From: Hormiphora californensis
Lineage: Eukaryota; Animalia; Ctenophora
Reading direction: 5' to 3'
Length of the DNA: 64,000 nucleotides
Assembly (NCBI GenBank): GCA_020137815.1
Contig: CM035352.1
Location: 6,324,001-6,388,000, forward strand
Shown here: positions 63,071 to 64,000 of the stretch, piece after piece
Layout: every line of letters starts with the position of its first letter
Position numbering within the stretch: position 1 is the stretch's first letter
The notes under the pieces: model-generated
The model's input: only the letters and a program-made list of their open reading frames with translations
Database searches by the model: none
What the model was told of the DNA's origin: nothing
Translations under genes and position numbers: made by a program

Positions 63071-63779
63071 ATGCGAGGTGTGGTGGTACTAGGGCTGCTG
63101 CTTGTAGCTGCAGTTGTCCATGGAAAGTTTCATACTAGCGTATCGGAGGAATCAATGGTTCGGTGTCACACTGGTGATAGGAGTCGAGGAGACAGGTAAT
63201 TAACAACACATTTGGTAACATATTAACTAAATCTCATCGCCTGATGATTGGTTTCCCGTCAGGGATTCCATGAAACATGTGTTGCGTCCTAAATACAGCT
63301 GTATTATTTCGTTGTGATACGCTCGCCACAGTTTACTGGCGGCTTGAGCACTCTTTGCCGGAAACCAGTTGGATCCTAGACATGATGGAAATCTTGTTGG
63401 AGCTCCAAGTTCTATTGCGATTATTAACTAAATCGGCATAACCGTGCGCCTATTTTCAACCCGCTTTTGATTTACACCATCTAAAAGTCCCCTGTTTGAA
63501 TAAGCATACCAGCACAATCCCCCTCCAGGTGTACTGAGTACCAGAACCTCTACATAGACCATCCCACCCACGGTGATAGGACGAAGCGGGCCCTCGCAGA
63601 AAAGCTTTCTGAAAACAGAATGGGAGAGAAGCCAATGGGAGATGGAGAGAAGCCCCCCGGCCCACCTCCTATGAGGAATGGTAATATTACCGGACTTGAT
63701 TTCCCTGATCTCGACGAGGAGGCGTGCTTTGGGATGGAATATGGGGACGGGACTACTTGGAATCATACTAATAACTATG
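63071..63779 (+). CDS. Putative small secreted protein nested antisense in an ATP13A intron (partial, at least 2 exons)
   Basis: Exon 63071-63195 (MRGVVVLGLLLVAAVVHG signal peptide, AG|gtaatt) joins in phase 2 to 63529-63779 (ccctccag|G TGT ..., ends G|gtaaat). No family recognised. Confidence 0.6.
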
Positions 63780-64000
63780 GTAAATGGATGGTTGCGGGGA
63801 GTGTTTTTTAGCAGATTCTCAGCTGATTTACTTTACAGCTCAATGCCCTCAGCGAATCACACGATAGTCAGAGCGATGGCACAATCCATTAGCAACTAAC
63901 TCTTTGTCGCACGCTTCTGAAATGTGGTGAAAAACAACTATACCCGCTTTCAAGACCTGTCAGAGCATTGGCTTGACCCTATTCTCAGCGAGAATAGTAT

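Overview
Compact, intron-rich animal genomic DNA, most likely a ctenophore (Pleurobrachia-like). That is an inference from the LDLa-7TM receptors, a mega-thrombospondin and the repeat types; no database search was run. Plus-strand genes form two tight same-strand clusters: mitochondrial malate dehydrogenase / CTF8 / a two-domain cathepsin Z, and HEN1 / DXO-like / histidine phosphatase / WDR76-like. Minus-strand genes are a one-Ig secreted protein, a ~13.7 kb LRR-PA14-cadherin-EGF-thrombospondin-LamG gene ending in RDEL, and the 3' end of a P5B ATPase. Three large introns hold antisense nested genes: two LDLa-GPCRs plus a duplicate pseudogene, and a small secreted protein. More than 15 non-autonomous inverted-repeat elements with TA, TTAA, 4-bp or 8-bp target duplications are present. 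Two patterns stand out. (1) 'Splice-site echo' minisatellites: in several unrelated genes the intronic tandem repeat unit is the splice junction itself, and only the last copy keeps the conserved reading frame. (2) Almost every start codon lies 1-12 nt after an acceptor-like site, consistent with spliced-leader trans-splicing and operon-like clusters. A few frameshifts in conserved exons suggest local assembly indels. Exon models are manual and not checked against transcripts.
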